Below are positions 10,363 to 19,993 of a stretch of 64,000 bases of DNA, piece by piece. Made by a program: the position numbers and the translations under genes. Origin of the DNA: Candidatus Zixiibacteriota bacterium (GTDB lineage Bacteria; Zixibacteria; MSB-5A5; UBA10806; 4484-95); the NCBI GenBank assembly GCA_037441845.1, contig JBBIRK010000001.1, positions 497,284-561,283 of the forward strand, given 5' to 3'. Within the stretch, counting starts at the first letter, position 1. Each line of letters starts with the position of its first letter. The notes under the pieces were generated by a model that worked only from the letters and a program-made list of their open reading frames with translations, searched no databases and was not told where the DNA came from.

Positions 10363-11189
10363 TTGATACAATCACGAGTTTCTGGCAATACGAATTTTTC
10401 CGCAATGCGCTGGCGGCGGGGATTTTAGCCAGTATCGCTTGCGGGATAATCGGAAGTTATGTCGTGGTCAAGCGGATCGCCCTGGTTGCCGGGGGGATTT
10501 CCCATACTGCCTACGGTGGAATCGGGCTGGGCTTCTTTCTCGGAATCAACCCCATAGTCGGGGCCGCCGTTTTCAGCCTTGCAGCCGCCTTCATAATCGT
10601 TTGGATAAGACAAAAATCAAGCCAGTACGAGGACACTTTGATAGCGATCATGTGGGCGATGGGAATGGCGATCGGCATTTATTTCATCGGCAAAACCCCG
10701 GGCTATGCGCCCAACCTGATGAGTTATCTGTTCGGCAACATCCTCACTATTCCGACCGACGACCTGCTGATCGTAGCTATCCTCGATCTGATAATAGCGG
10801 GATCGACCGTTCTTTTGTTCAAGGAGTTCCGAGCCTTGACGTTCGATGAGGAACATGCGCGTATCGCCGGACTTCCCACGACGTTATTGAATCTTTTGCT
10901 TTTCTGTTTGGTGTCGTTGACCGTTGTAGCCCTTATCCGCGCGGTCGGCGTGATTCTTGTGATCGCATTGTTGACCATTCCGGCGGCGATCGCCGTGCAA
11001 TACTGCCGGAATTTACAATCGATGATGACTCTTTCGATCGGGCTCGGCGCGGTATTCACCACTATCGGGCTGATGATTTCCGCTACCGAGAACATAGCCT
11101 CGGGAGCTACTATCGTCTTCGTGGCCGGAATCGCTTATCTTATCTCCTTTTTTGCGCGTCCGTTTATAAGCCGCTTCTTGCCCCGATAA
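10359..11189 (+). CDS. znuB: Zinc ABC transporter permease
   Basis: ISHTAYGG, YLFGNIL, TFDEEHA, VGVILVIALL motifs. Confidence 0.9.
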   Translation: MIDTITSFWQYEFFRNALAAGILASIACGIIGSYVVVKRIALVAGGISHTAYGGIGLGFFLGINPIVGAAVFSLAAAFIIVWIRQKSSQYEDTLIAIMWAMGMAIGIYFIGKTPGYAPNLMSYLFGNILTIPTDDLLIVAILDLIIAGSTVLLFKEFRALTFDEEHARIAGLPTTLLNLLLFCLVSLTVVALIRAVGVILVIALLTIPAAIAVQYCRNLQSMMTLSIGLGAVFTTIGLMISATENIASGATIVFVAGIAYLISFFARPFISRFLPR

Positions 11190-11210
11190 AAGTGCCCCGA
11201 ATCAGGGATT

Positions 11211-12002
11211 TCACGCCAGCCCAAAACCGACTTTCTCTAAAAATTCCCGCATGTGCGGCCTTAACAAAGTTGGCTCAACCGAAGCCAAGCGCCGCGCCGT
11301 ATGCTCCATCCATGAGTAATCTTGTTCCGTGATCACCCGGTTATCGAGAGCCGGCATTTTCCGCCCCGGGCCGTCGTATAAGCCGGTGGCGCGGATTTCC
11401 CGATCGTATCGCTCCAGCAGAGGAAAGATTTCGCCCTTATTGTATTTCTCCCGATGAACCACTATCTCCTCCGGAAGCCGCGGTTTCTTTACGGGTTTCG
11501 TATCCGGCCAGCCGAGGCAGATCCCCATCAGCACAAAAACTCGTTCCGGCAACTCGAGAAGCCCCCATATCTCATAAGGATTATTGCGCACGCCGCCGAT
11601 CATCACCCCGGCGAGCCCGCATGACTGCGCGCCCAACAATATGTTCTGAGCCACCAACGCCGAATCGACGATGGCGGTGATCAATAGCTCGATATGACCG
11701 GCTTTTATCTTATAACCCCGGGCCGAACAGATCAGCTCGAGCCGATGGATATCAGGACAGATCGCCAGAAAAACCGGGCAACGCTCGACCCAAACTTGGT
11801 CTCCGCAAAGCCGAGCCAGCTTTTTCTTTTTGTCCTTATCCCTGATGATGATTATGGAATAGGCCTGTAAATTCGACGACGTCGGCGCCTGGCGCGCGGC
11901 GGTCAATATTCTCTCGAGCAAGTCATCGGGAATATCTTCGGCTTTGTATTTGCGAACCGATGCGTGCGCCGCCATCACCGACAAAACCGCATTATCATGC
12001 AT
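11211..12002 (-). CDS. NfsA/Frp-type nitroreductase
   Basis: HASVRKY, APTSSNLQAYSII, IGGVRN, KPRLP. Confidence 0.88.
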   Translation of the reverse strand: MHDNAVLSVMAAHASVRKYKAEDIPDDLLERILTAARQAPTSSNLQAYSIIIIRDKDKKKKLARLCGDQVWVERCPVFLAICPDIHRLELICSARGYKIKAGHIELLITAIVDSALVAQNILLGAQSCGLAGVMIGGVRNNPYEIWGLLELPERVFVLMGICLGWPDTKPVKKPRLPEEIVVHREKYNKGEIFPLLERYDREIRATGLYDGPGRKMPALDNRVITEQDYSWMEHTARRLASVEPTLLRPHMREFLEKVGFGLA

Positions 12003-12068
12003 CTCTCCGCTCCTTCAATTTTGACATTGCTATCGTTTGAAGCTAAAATACGGCAAGGAGGATTGGCA

Positions 12069-14240
12069 ATGATTAAATATACGCTCGCCTTGTTTCTGGC
12101 TATAGCCGTCCCGACCCTATGGGCGCAAACGGCTGCGGACGTCCCTAAAACGGACCGCCTTGGACAAGCGTTGGAAAAAGTCGGTTTAAGTCGCAACCAA
12201 CTCGGATTCCACCCCAAAGGTTACTGGAATCGTTTCCCGCAGCCTCGGCATATTCCGCACATCTTGCCTTTCTTCGAGGACCTGTTCGCCGAGCCGATGA
12301 AAGTATATGATTTCGCTAAAACCATGGGCAACGCCGTCGCATATTATCTCGACCCGGTCCATTTCGATACCGCCGGAAATTGCCTCTACAATTTGGTTTA
12401 TTTGAACGGCGTCGACCGCAAGTTGATCGGATTTCGAAATTTCGGCGTAAACTTGAACCCGCGGATCGATGAAGCCCAGCCGATGCTCGATGCGTTCGAA
12501 CGGATTTACGAGGCCTACGGCGGACGGCTCGAATTCATGACCTTCAACAAGATATCCGATTGGCCCAACCCTCGCCGGCGGCTTGAAATGCAGCTCGATT
12601 CCGTTCCCATCGAAATTCAAAAGCCGATCGCCGCCCTTATGCTGAATCTGCTCGATGCCTCGCGATGGCGCAATATCGCGGTGCGAAATGTCAACTTCGA
12701 ACGACAAAAGGCTTTGTTCGATATCAAGGACTTGGCGGAAACTATCGGCGACGGCCAGGTGTATTACCCGGAAATCGATGACGTCGCCGCCGCTTTGGAT
12801 GAGCATTCCTTGTATTATGCCGCGATGAAAACCGTGCAGGCGGCGGAGACCTGTTACAGAGATCTCAAAACCGCGGTGACCAGCCGAAAACATAATCTAT
12901 CCCGATTGCACTTCGAATTCGATTCGCCGCTCGGAAAGGTGATAATCCGCGGCACCGGCGACGATGAAGCCAGATATGTCGATGCCGCCGTCCTGATCGA
13001 TCTGGGCGGTGATGATCGGCATTCCGGCAACTGCGGCGCATCCATATCGCCGGAAAAAGCCATAGCGGTTATGATCGATATCGCCGGCCGCGACCGATAC
13101 GAAAACGAAGAAGCCGCCTACCCCTCGCAGGGCTCGGCGGTGCTGGGCGCCGGAATCTTGATCGACGGTTCCGGTGATGACTCCTACGCGGCCGAACGTC
13201 AAGCCCAGGGGTGCGCTTTGTTCGGGCTGGGCCTGCTGCTCGATATCGAGGGCGACGACGACTATCGAATCAAGACCAGCGGCCAGGGTTGCGGTTATTT
13301 CGGGCTCGGTTTCGCACTTGACATAAAAGGAAAGGACAAACGGTATATCTGCGGCGACGGCCAGGGTTTCGGCGGCGTCGGCGGGATTGGTATCTGCGCC
13401 GACTACTTCGGCGATGACGAATATGTGGCGGAACCTCTTGCCAGCGTCTTCAATCGAGGTGATTACCATTCGGAAAACAAGATCAACGTCAACTCCGCCC
13501 AAGGGGCCGGAATGGGGAGAAGGGGCGACGGCTCGGACGGCCACAGCTGGGCAGGCGGTTTGGGGGCCTTGATCGATATCAAGGGCGATGACTCGTATTA
13601 TTCAGGAAACTGGACTCTCGGCTGCGGCTATTGGTTCGGAACCGGTATCGTGTATGACGGTGAAGGGGACGATCGATATCGTTCGGTTTATTTCACTCAG
13701 GCCTCCGGAGCGCATTTTTGTATAGGCGCCCTCATCGATGAGACCGGCAACGACCTCCACGAATTGAGAGAAACCGCAGGAGCGGGATTAGCTTTCGGCT
13801 GGGACTACACCATCGCCCTGCTTGTCAATCGCGGCGGCGACGATCGCTATATCGCCAAAATCATCTCCCTTGCCTGCGCCCAGATTAGGTCGGACGCTTT
13901 CTTTTTCGATATTGGCGGCGACGACTACTATCAGCTGGGCCGAGGAACGGACGGCCTCGGTTCTGCCACCTATCGCGATAGCTACGACAAGCCCAATCGC
14001 TTTTCGCCCTATGATTACTATGCGAATTCAATAGCCTTGTTTCTCGATATCGGCGGACTCGATCGATATGTCGAAATCGATCAAGAAGGCAAATCATCAA
14101 TTCCCACAATCGGAGCCGCCGACAACAGCATTTGGCTGTCGCCGGCAAAAGATTCGGGACGTTACGGCGCCGGTAATTTCGGGATTGGAATGGACGCAGC
14201 CGAGGGTCTGGTTCCGGAATTGGAGATATTCAATAGATAG
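12069..14240 (+). CDS. Secreted hypothetical protein with Gly/Asp-rich (hhDxxGDDxY) repeats
   Basis: AAGGAGG RBS, signal peptide, about a dozen repeats such as LIDLGGDDRH, LIDGSGDDSY, LLDIEGDDDY, LIDIKGDDSY. Confidence 0.8.
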   Translation: MIKYTLALFLAIAVPTLWAQTAADVPKTDRLGQALEKVGLSRNQLGFHPKGYWNRFPQPRHIPHILPFFEDLFAEPMKVYDFAKTMGNAVAYYLDPVHFDTAGNCLYNLVYLNGVDRKLIGFRNFGVNLNPRIDEAQPMLDAFERIYEAYGGRLEFMTFNKISDWPNPRRRLEMQLDSVPIEIQKPIAALMLNLLDASRWRNIAVRNVNFERQKALFDIKDLAETIGDGQVYYPEIDDVAAALDEHSLYYAAMKTVQAAETCYRDLKTAVTSRKHNLSRLHFEFDSPLGKVIIRGTGDDEARYVDAAVLIDLGGDDRHSGNCGASISPEKAIAVMIDIAGRDRYENEEAAYPSQGSAVLGAGILIDGSGDDSYAAERQAQGCALFGLGLLLDIEGDDDYRIKTSGQGCGYFGLGFALDIKGKDKRYICGDGQGFGGVGGIGICADYFGDDEYVAEPLASVFNRGDYHSENKINVNSAQGAGMGRRGDGSDGHSWAGGLGALIDIKGDDSYYSGNWTLGCGYWFGTGIVYDGEGDDRYRSVYFTQASGAHFCIGALIDETGNDLHELRETAGAGLAFGWDYTIALLVNRGGDDRYIAKIISLACAQIRSDAFFFDIGGDDYYQLGRGTDGLGSATYRDSYDKPNRFSPYDYYANSIALFLDIGGLDRYVEIDQEGKSSIPTIGAADNSIWLSPAKDSGRYGAGNFGIGMDAAEGLVPELEIFNR

Positions 14241-14382
14241 TCGTGAATCGGCGACGGGCGTTGATCTCCGGCTGTTTTCGCTTGATTTGCCGAATCGGCC
14301 GTGGCAATAATTAGTGACGGCAACTGTTGGTAAACCGCAACAAGCGAATCGGAGTAAATACTCGTTAGAAAGGAGGAGATCC

Positions 14383-14904
14383 ATGGGATTAAGGTTGGTA
14401 TTATTTCCCGCCTCGATCGCGATTTGGGGAATGATCGTTGGAGCGGCGAATCTGCCGGCTCAAGACAAAATCGATATCGGCGGAAAAATGACTTGCAGGA
14501 TCGATGACCGTAAAGAATTCCCCGTGGGCGATGAGGAGGGACATACTATAGCACTTAACAAAAGCACGGGAATCAACATCAGTACCGGTACCTCCGCATT
14601 CATGGATGGAGCCGCTGCAATCAATTTCGCGGTTGGCGATCTGAAAAAAGGAACCGGCGAACAGTTCGGTTACGTCGTATTCGCCGCCGGGCCCGATTCC
14701 GCTTTCGCCCGATGGGATCATTTCACGAGCACTACGATGACCCCCGAAGGCAAACCTCGCACCACGTTCAAGGGGACGTTCGTATTCACCAGGGGAACCG
14801 GCAAATACGCCGGGATACGGGGAAACGGCCAATATACGGGCGCGTTTTCCTCCCCCGATGAATACATGGTCGAATGGAACGGAAAATATCAGTCGGGGAA
14901 ATAA
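14383..14904 (+). CDS. Secreted hypothetical beta-rich protein (allene-oxide-cyclase/dirigent-like fold suspected)
   Basis: AGGAGG RBS, signal peptide, GTFVFTRGTGKYAGIRGNG motif. Confidence 0.65.
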   Translation: MGLRLVLFPASIAIWGMIVGAANLPAQDKIDIGGKMTCRIDDRKEFPVGDEEGHTIALNKSTGINISTGTSAFMDGAAAINFAVGDLKKGTGEQFGYVVFAAGPDSAFARWDHFTSTTMTPEGKPRTTFKGTFVFTRGTGKYAGIRGNGQYTGAFSSPDEYMVEWNGKYQSGK

Positions 14905-15009
14905 TCCGTGTAGCTTGATCGTCCGTTAAACCATAAGGCGGGCTGACCGCCTGCAACCAACCATAGCCAAACGTAAATGTCGGCAGGTCGGCGAAAACGG
15001 CCTGCCGAC

Positions 15010-15038
15010 TTGACTTGCATAAGTAGTATAAATATATT
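15010..15038 (+). promoter_or_regulatory. Sigma70-type promoter for tRNA-Leu/tig
   Basis: TTGACT-N17-TATATT upstream of the tRNA, preceded by hairpin GTCGGCAGG/CCTGCCGAC (14979-15009). Confidence 0.65.
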
Positions 15039-15055
15039 GATAGTTCGTCGGATAA

Positions 15056-15137
15056 GCGAAAGTGGCGGAGCTGGCAGACGCGCTGGACTTAGGATCCAGT
15101 CCCGAAAGGGGTGGGGGTTCAAATCCCCCCTTTCGCA
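15056..15137 (+). tRNA. tRNA-Leu (anticodon UAG)
   Basis: GCGAAAG/CTTTCGC acceptor stem, CTGGA-CTTAGGA-TCCAG anticodon arm, long variable arm, GTTCAAATC T-loop; CCA not encoded. Confidence 0.96.
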
Positions 15138-15196
15138 AATTACTAACCAGACCCAAATAGCATCGGATTATGACGATGCCGCGCAAAGAAGGATGA

Positions 15197-16447
15197 ATGA
15201 CCAAAGTAGTCGTGAAAAAAGAACCCAATTGCCGGAGAATACTGGAAATCGAGGTTCCACCTGAAACGGTGGCCGCCGAGTTCGATAAACAATTCAACAG
15301 CTTTCGAGCCAAAGCGAATATACCCGGTTTTCGGCCCGGTAAGGCCCCTGCGGATATCATCAAAAAAAGATATGCTCTCGACATTCGAAACGACGCTATT
15401 GAAGAGCTTGTTTACGGCAGCCTTGAGGAAGCTATAAAACAGGAAAATCTTTTTGTAATCAATAAACCAAAAGTAAGCAATATCGAACTCGCTGACGGCC
15501 GGCCGTTGACGTTCCGGGTCGAACTCGAAGTCAGGCCGGAGGTGACGCTCAACGACTACAAGGGATTCGAGGTAAAACGGGTAAAGATAGAAACCACCGA
15601 TCAAGATGTCGAAGATTACGTCGCTGGGATGCGGAACAGAATGGCTGAATTCGTCCCGGTGGAAAGGCGTTCACACTCCGACGATCTGGTGGTGGTCGAT
15701 TTGCTGAAAAAAAAGATGGGCGACGGTCCGGCCGATGAAAACAAAGTGGAAAATGTGGAAATCGATCTGGGGGCCGAGGGAGTATTGAAGGAATTCAAAG
15801 AGGGCTTGACCGGTGTGGGGATCGGCGAATTGAAGGAAATCGAGGTCGTTTATCCGGAAGATTATCACGAACGAACTTTGGCTGGAAACAGGGTCGGCTA
15901 TTTGGTGGCGGTCAAAGAGGTCAAAGAGCGCGTTCTGCCTTCGCTCGATGACGATTTCGCCCGACGTTTCGATGATGTCTCATCGTTGAATGACCTGAGG
16001 TCGAAGGTGCGAAAGCATCTTGAGGAACAGGCATTGTCCCGTTCCGATCAGGCTGTCAAAGGAGACATCATCAAGCATATCGTCGAGAAAAACCAATTCG
16101 AGGTTCCCGAATCGTTCGTCGAGGAATATTTGAAATCGGCAACCGAAAATTTCAAGAAACGTTATAAAAATGTCGATGAATTAGAATTGAGGCGGTCATA
16201 CAGAAAAATCGGCGAGGACAGCATCCGCTGGCAGCTGATTTATCTGGAAATCGCCCGCAAGGAGGGTATCCGGGTGGACGATGCCGATCGGGAAGCCTGG
16301 GTGCGCAATTTCGCCGGCCGCTACGATATGTCTTACGAGGCCGCCCGCGATGCGCTCGGCCGATCGCGCAAATTCGAGGAGATCGACGATACGCTTCTGG
16401 AAAATAAGGTGCTTGATTTTCTCGCGGCTAACGTGAAGATTATCTGA
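15197..16447 (+). CDS. tig: Trigger factor
   Basis: IPGFRPGKAP ribosome-binding motif; lies between tRNA-Leu and clpP. Confidence 0.95.
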   Translation: MTKVVVKKEPNCRRILEIEVPPETVAAEFDKQFNSFRAKANIPGFRPGKAPADIIKKRYALDIRNDAIEELVYGSLEEAIKQENLFVINKPKVSNIELADGRPLTFRVELEVRPEVTLNDYKGFEVKRVKIETTDQDVEDYVAGMRNRMAEFVPVERRSHSDDLVVVDLLKKKMGDGPADENKVENVEIDLGAEGVLKEFKEGLTGVGIGELKEIEVVYPEDYHERTLAGNRVGYLVAVKEVKERVLPSLDDDFARRFDDVSSLNDLRSKVRKHLEEQALSRSDQAVKGDIIKHIVEKNQFEVPESFVEEYLKSATENFKKRYKNVDELELRRSYRKIGEDSIRWQLIYLEIARKEGIRVDDADREAWVRNFAGRYDMSYEAARDALGRSRKFEEIDDTLLENKVLDFLAANVKII

Positions 16448-16464
16448 AACAGTAAGGAGAGCGC

Positions 16465-17067
16465 ATGTCCAAACATATGCAGACATTGGTCCCTATCGTG
16501 GTGGAACAGACAGGCCGCGGCGAACGCGCCTACGATATCTACTCCCGCCTGCTGAAAGACCGCATAGTATTTATCGGGACACCCATCGATGACAATGTGG
16601 CCAACCTGGTGATCGCCCAGCTGTTGTTTCTCGAAGCCGAAGATCCCGAAAAGGATATTTTCCTCTATATCAATTCCCCGGGCGGTATGGTCACCGCCGG
16701 TCTGGCGATATATGACACGATGCAGTATGTAAAACCCGCAATCAACACCACTTGCGTCGGCTTGGCCGCTTCGATGGCGGCGGTGTTATTGGCTGCCGGG
16801 GCCGAAGGCAAACGGGCTGCTTTGAAAAACTCGCGCATTCTCATTCATCAACCGTGGGGCGGTTATCAGGGCCAAGCCTCGGACATCGAGATTCACGCCA
16901 AGGAAATCCTCAAAACCAAAGATCAGCTCAATGCAATACTGGCCAAACATACCGGCCAGCCCATAGAAAGAATATTGAAAGACACCGACCGCGATTATTT
17001 CATGTCGGCCGATGAGGCCAAAGAATATGGTCTTGTCGATGAAGTTTTCGAAAGAAAACCCAAATAG
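16465..17067 (+). CDS. clpP: Clp protease proteolytic subunit (start may be 16477)
   Basis: [26 protein letters not shown]. Confidence 0.97.
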   Translation: MSKHMQTLVPIVVEQTGRGERAYDIYSRLLKDRIVFIGTPIDDNVANLVIAQLLFLEAEDPEKDIFLYINSPGGMVTAGLAIYDTMQYVKPAINTTCVGLAASMAAVLLAAGAEGKRAALKNSRILIHQPWGGYQGQASDIEIHAKEILKTKDQLNAILAKHTGQPIERILKDTDRDYFMSADEAKEYGLVDEVFERKPK

Positions 17068-17131
17068 CCCAGGGAAATCACCTTCAAATCGCATTTGATT
17101 CACCCCGGGACTATATCATAGGAAGTCCCCG

Positions 17132-18388
17132 ATGCCTAAAAAGAGCAACCAACAGCCGCCGCCGAGGCTGCCCAAAGATTTTTGCAGTTTCTGCGGCCGC
17201 CCGGCCACCAATAAGGTTCAGCTTATCTCCGCCCCGGGCGCTTCTATCTGCGCCGAATGCGTGGGCGTGTGTAATACGATTTTGAACCAAAAAAAAGCCA
17301 AGTCTCCGCCGGTTATCGATGTTCCTACGCCGCGGCAGATCTTGAAATTCCTCGATGATTACGTGATCGGGCAGGAGCGGGCCAAAAAAACTTTGGCGGT
17401 GGCGGTCTACAATCATTACCGCCGGATTACCACCCGTAGCACCGACCCCGATTCGGTTCCGCTCGAAAAGGCCAATATCCTGCTGGTAGGACCTACGGGG
17501 ACCGGTAAGACGCTTCTGGCCCAAACTCTGGCGAAAATGCTTCAAGTCCCGTTTACGATCGCCGATGCCACCACCTTGACCGAGGCGGGATATGTCGGGG
17601 AAGATGTCGAAAACATTTTGGTCAGGCTGCTGCAGGCGGCCGATTACGACGTCGAGGCCGCTCAGGTGGGAATCGTCTATATCGACGAAATAGATAAAAT
17701 CGCCAGAAAAATGGATTCGCCATCGATAACCAGGGATGTCTCGGGCGAGGGCGTCCAGCAGGGACTGCTTAAAATTCTCGAGGGAACGGTTTCGGCGGTT
17801 CCCCCTAAAGGCGGCCGCAAGCATCCAGAACAGGATATGATCCATATCGACACCAAAAACATCCTGTTTATATGCGGCGGCGCTTTCGAGGGGCTCGATA
17901 AAATCGTGGCCAAAAGGCTGGGCAGGAAAATTATCGGTTTCAAAGCCGACAGCCGCCAGTTGACTCAAGCCACCAACGAACTGCTTGCCCAAATAGAATA
18001 CGAGGACCTCCATGCGTTCGGCCTCATACCCGAAATCATCGGGCGGCTGCCTGTGGTTTCGGCTCTGGGCGAACTCGATCTCGCCGCGCTCAAAAGGATT
18101 TTGACCGAGCCGAAAAACGCCCTGGTAAAGCAATATGAAGAATACTTCCGTCAGGAAAATATCGAGCTGATTTTCAAGGATGAAGCGATCGAGGCGGTGG
18201 CTGAGATCGCGCTGAAACGACATACCGGCGCTCGAGCGCTCAGGTCGATTCTCGAATCGGCGATGATGGAAATCATGTTCGATGCGCCATCGCAGGAGGG
18301 GCTCGAAAAGATAATAATCGGCCGCGGAGTGATCGAGGGAAAGGCCGAGCCGGAATATATCTACGGCGAAAAAAAGAAGAGAGCATAG
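17132..18388 (+). CDS. clpX: Clp protease ATP-binding subunit
   Basis: CSFC..CAEC zinc finger, [24 protein letters not shown] loop. Confidence 0.97.
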   Translation: MPKKSNQQPPPRLPKDFCSFCGRPATNKVQLISAPGASICAECVGVCNTILNQKKAKSPPVIDVPTPRQILKFLDDYVIGQERAKKTLAVAVYNHYRRITTRSTDPDSVPLEKANILLVGPTGTGKTLLAQTLAKMLQVPFTIADATTLTEAGYVGEDVENILVRLLQAADYDVEAAQVGIVYIDEIDKIARKMDSPSITRDVSGEGVQQGLLKILEGTVSAVPPKGGRKHPEQDMIHIDTKNILFICGGAFEGLDKIVAKRLGRKIIGFKADSRQLTQATNELLAQIEYEDLHAFGLIPEIIGRLPVVSALGELDLAALKRILTEPKNALVKQYEEYFRQENIELIFKDEAIEAVAEIALKRHTGARALRSILESAMMEIMFDAPSQEGLEKIIIGRGVIEGKAEPEYIYGEKKKRA

Positions 18389-18433
18389 GCAAAGATAGAG
18401 CACGCGGAAAAATCTTGAAGAAAGACAGCGCGT

Positions 18434-19342
18434 ATGACCATACCGGATTACCAGAGCATAATGTTGCCGCTTTTGGAATATACGGCCGACGGGAAAGAAC
18501 ATTATTTTAGGGATGCAGTTGAGGCAATGGCTGTAAAATTCAACCTTTCGCCAGAAGAAAAAATGGAACTGCTTCCCAGCGGCAGAAAACCGACATTTGA
18601 TGACCGTGTCGGTTGGGCTCGGACTTATATGAAACATGCCGGCCTGTTGGAATCGACAAGGCGCGGACATTTTCGGATAACGCAAAGAGGGCGGGAGGTT
18701 CTTTCTCGGCGGCCGCCTAAAATCGATGTTTCGTTTTTATCACGATTCCCGGAATTTAATGAATTTAGTTTCAGGCGGCGGGAATCGATTGTTGAAAGTG
18801 ATCAAAGAATTGACAGCTTGAATGATACACCGGAAGAACTCCTTGAGAATTCTTTTAAAGTTATAAACCAAAATCTCGCCGATGAGATCCTGCGAAACAT
18901 CAAGAGTTGTTCTCCTGCGTTCTTTGAAAAGCTGGTCGTAGATGTTCTTTTGAAAATCGGCTATGGCGGCAGTCGTCAAGACGCGGGGCGCGCGATAGGA
19001 CGGGCCGCGGACGGAGAAATCGACGGAATAATAAAAGAAGACCGCCCCGGCCTTGACGTCATATACATTCAGGCCAAACGCTGGGAGAATGTGGTAGGTC
19101 GCCCGGAAGTGCAAAAGTTTGCCGGCGCCCTACAAGGTCACCGCGCTAAAAAGGGCGTATTCATGACCTCTTCATCTTTCACGGAAGAGGCAAAAGAATT
19201 TGCCCGCCAAATAGAAAATAAAATTATTCTGATCGACGGCCGGATGCTTGCCGATTTAATGATCGAAAACAACGTCGGCGTTTCGCCGATAGCCAGTTAT
19301 GAAATCAAGAAAATCGATTCGGATTATTTCACCGAAGACTAA
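18434..19342 (+). CDS. mrr: Mrr type IV (modification-dependent) restriction endonuclease
   Basis: MTIPDYQSIMLPLL, RVGWARTY winged-helix N-terminus; FFEKLVVDVL..GY, DGEIDG, YIQAKRW, LIDG catalytic domain. Confidence 0.93.
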   Translation: MTIPDYQSIMLPLLEYTADGKEHYFRDAVEAMAVKFNLSPEEKMELLPSGRKPTFDDRVGWARTYMKHAGLLESTRRGHFRITQRGREVLSRRPPKIDVSFLSRFPEFNEFSFRRRESIVESDQRIDSLNDTPEELLENSFKVINQNLADEILRNIKSCSPAFFEKLVVDVLLKIGYGGSRQDAGRAIGRAADGEIDGIIKEDRPGLDVIYIQAKRWENVVGRPEVQKFAGALQGHRAKKGVFMTSSSFTEEAKEFARQIENKIILIDGRMLADLMIENNVGVSPIASYEIKKIDSDYFTED

Positions 19343-19405
19343 CCAAATCGCTTTCATTTTGCAAATCGTGCTTATATCGTTACCGGTTTGAAATAGTGGA
19401 TCGCG

Positions 19406-19993
19406 ATGATATTCCCCGGCCAAGCATCTTTTCGCGGCTCGTTTTACGAAATCGCCCAGCTGCCGAATATCAGCCTCCCTCAAGTCGCTTTCGTCGGCCG
19501 CTCCAACGTCGGCAAATCAAGCATGATCAATAAACTGCTGAACCGACGGAATCTGGCCAAGACTTCCAAAGCCCCGGGCAAAACCAGATCCATCAATTTC
19601 TACGAAATCGGCGGCAAATATCTATTCGTCGATCTGCCCGGCTATGGCTATGCCAGGTTGGCGGCATCCGACCGAAAAGCCTGGAAGGAACTGATCGAAT
19701 ATTATTTCCGGCAGACACGTTCGCTCAAAGGAATAATCCATCTGATCGATATCAGACACGGACTTCAAGACAGCGACCGGGAATTGATAAATTACATAGA
19801 TCAACTCGGAATCAAAATGATCCGGGTCCTGACCAAATCGGATAAACTTAATCGCAAACAGCAGGCGGCGGTTGCGGAAAATATCGGCCGAGAGCTTGAC
19901 ATAGACAGCCGAAATCTGGTAATCTTCTCCGCTCGTGATAATACTGGTGTCAAGGAATTGAGCCGGAAAATAATGGAACTGCTCGAATCGTGA
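19406..19993 (+). CDS. engB: Ribosome biogenesis GTPase YihA/YsxC
   Basis: GRSNVGKSS, PGKT, DLPGYGY, TKSD. Confidence 0.95.
   Translation: MIFPGQASFRGSFYEIAQLPNISLPQVAFVGRSNVGKSSMINKLLNRRNLAKTSKAPGKTRSINFYEIGGKYLFVDLPGYGYARLAASDRKAWKELIEYYFRQTRSLKGIIHLIDIRHGLQDSDRELINYIDQLGIKMIRVLTKSDKLNRKQQAAVAENIGRELDIDSRNLVIFSARDNTGVKELSRKIMELLES

Noticed and set aside
17111..18685. Long antisense ORFs (also 2418..3452, 28249..29448, 36981..37928, 62843..63700)
   Set aside because: They are shadows of well-supported genes on the opposite strand and carry no recognisable motifs.
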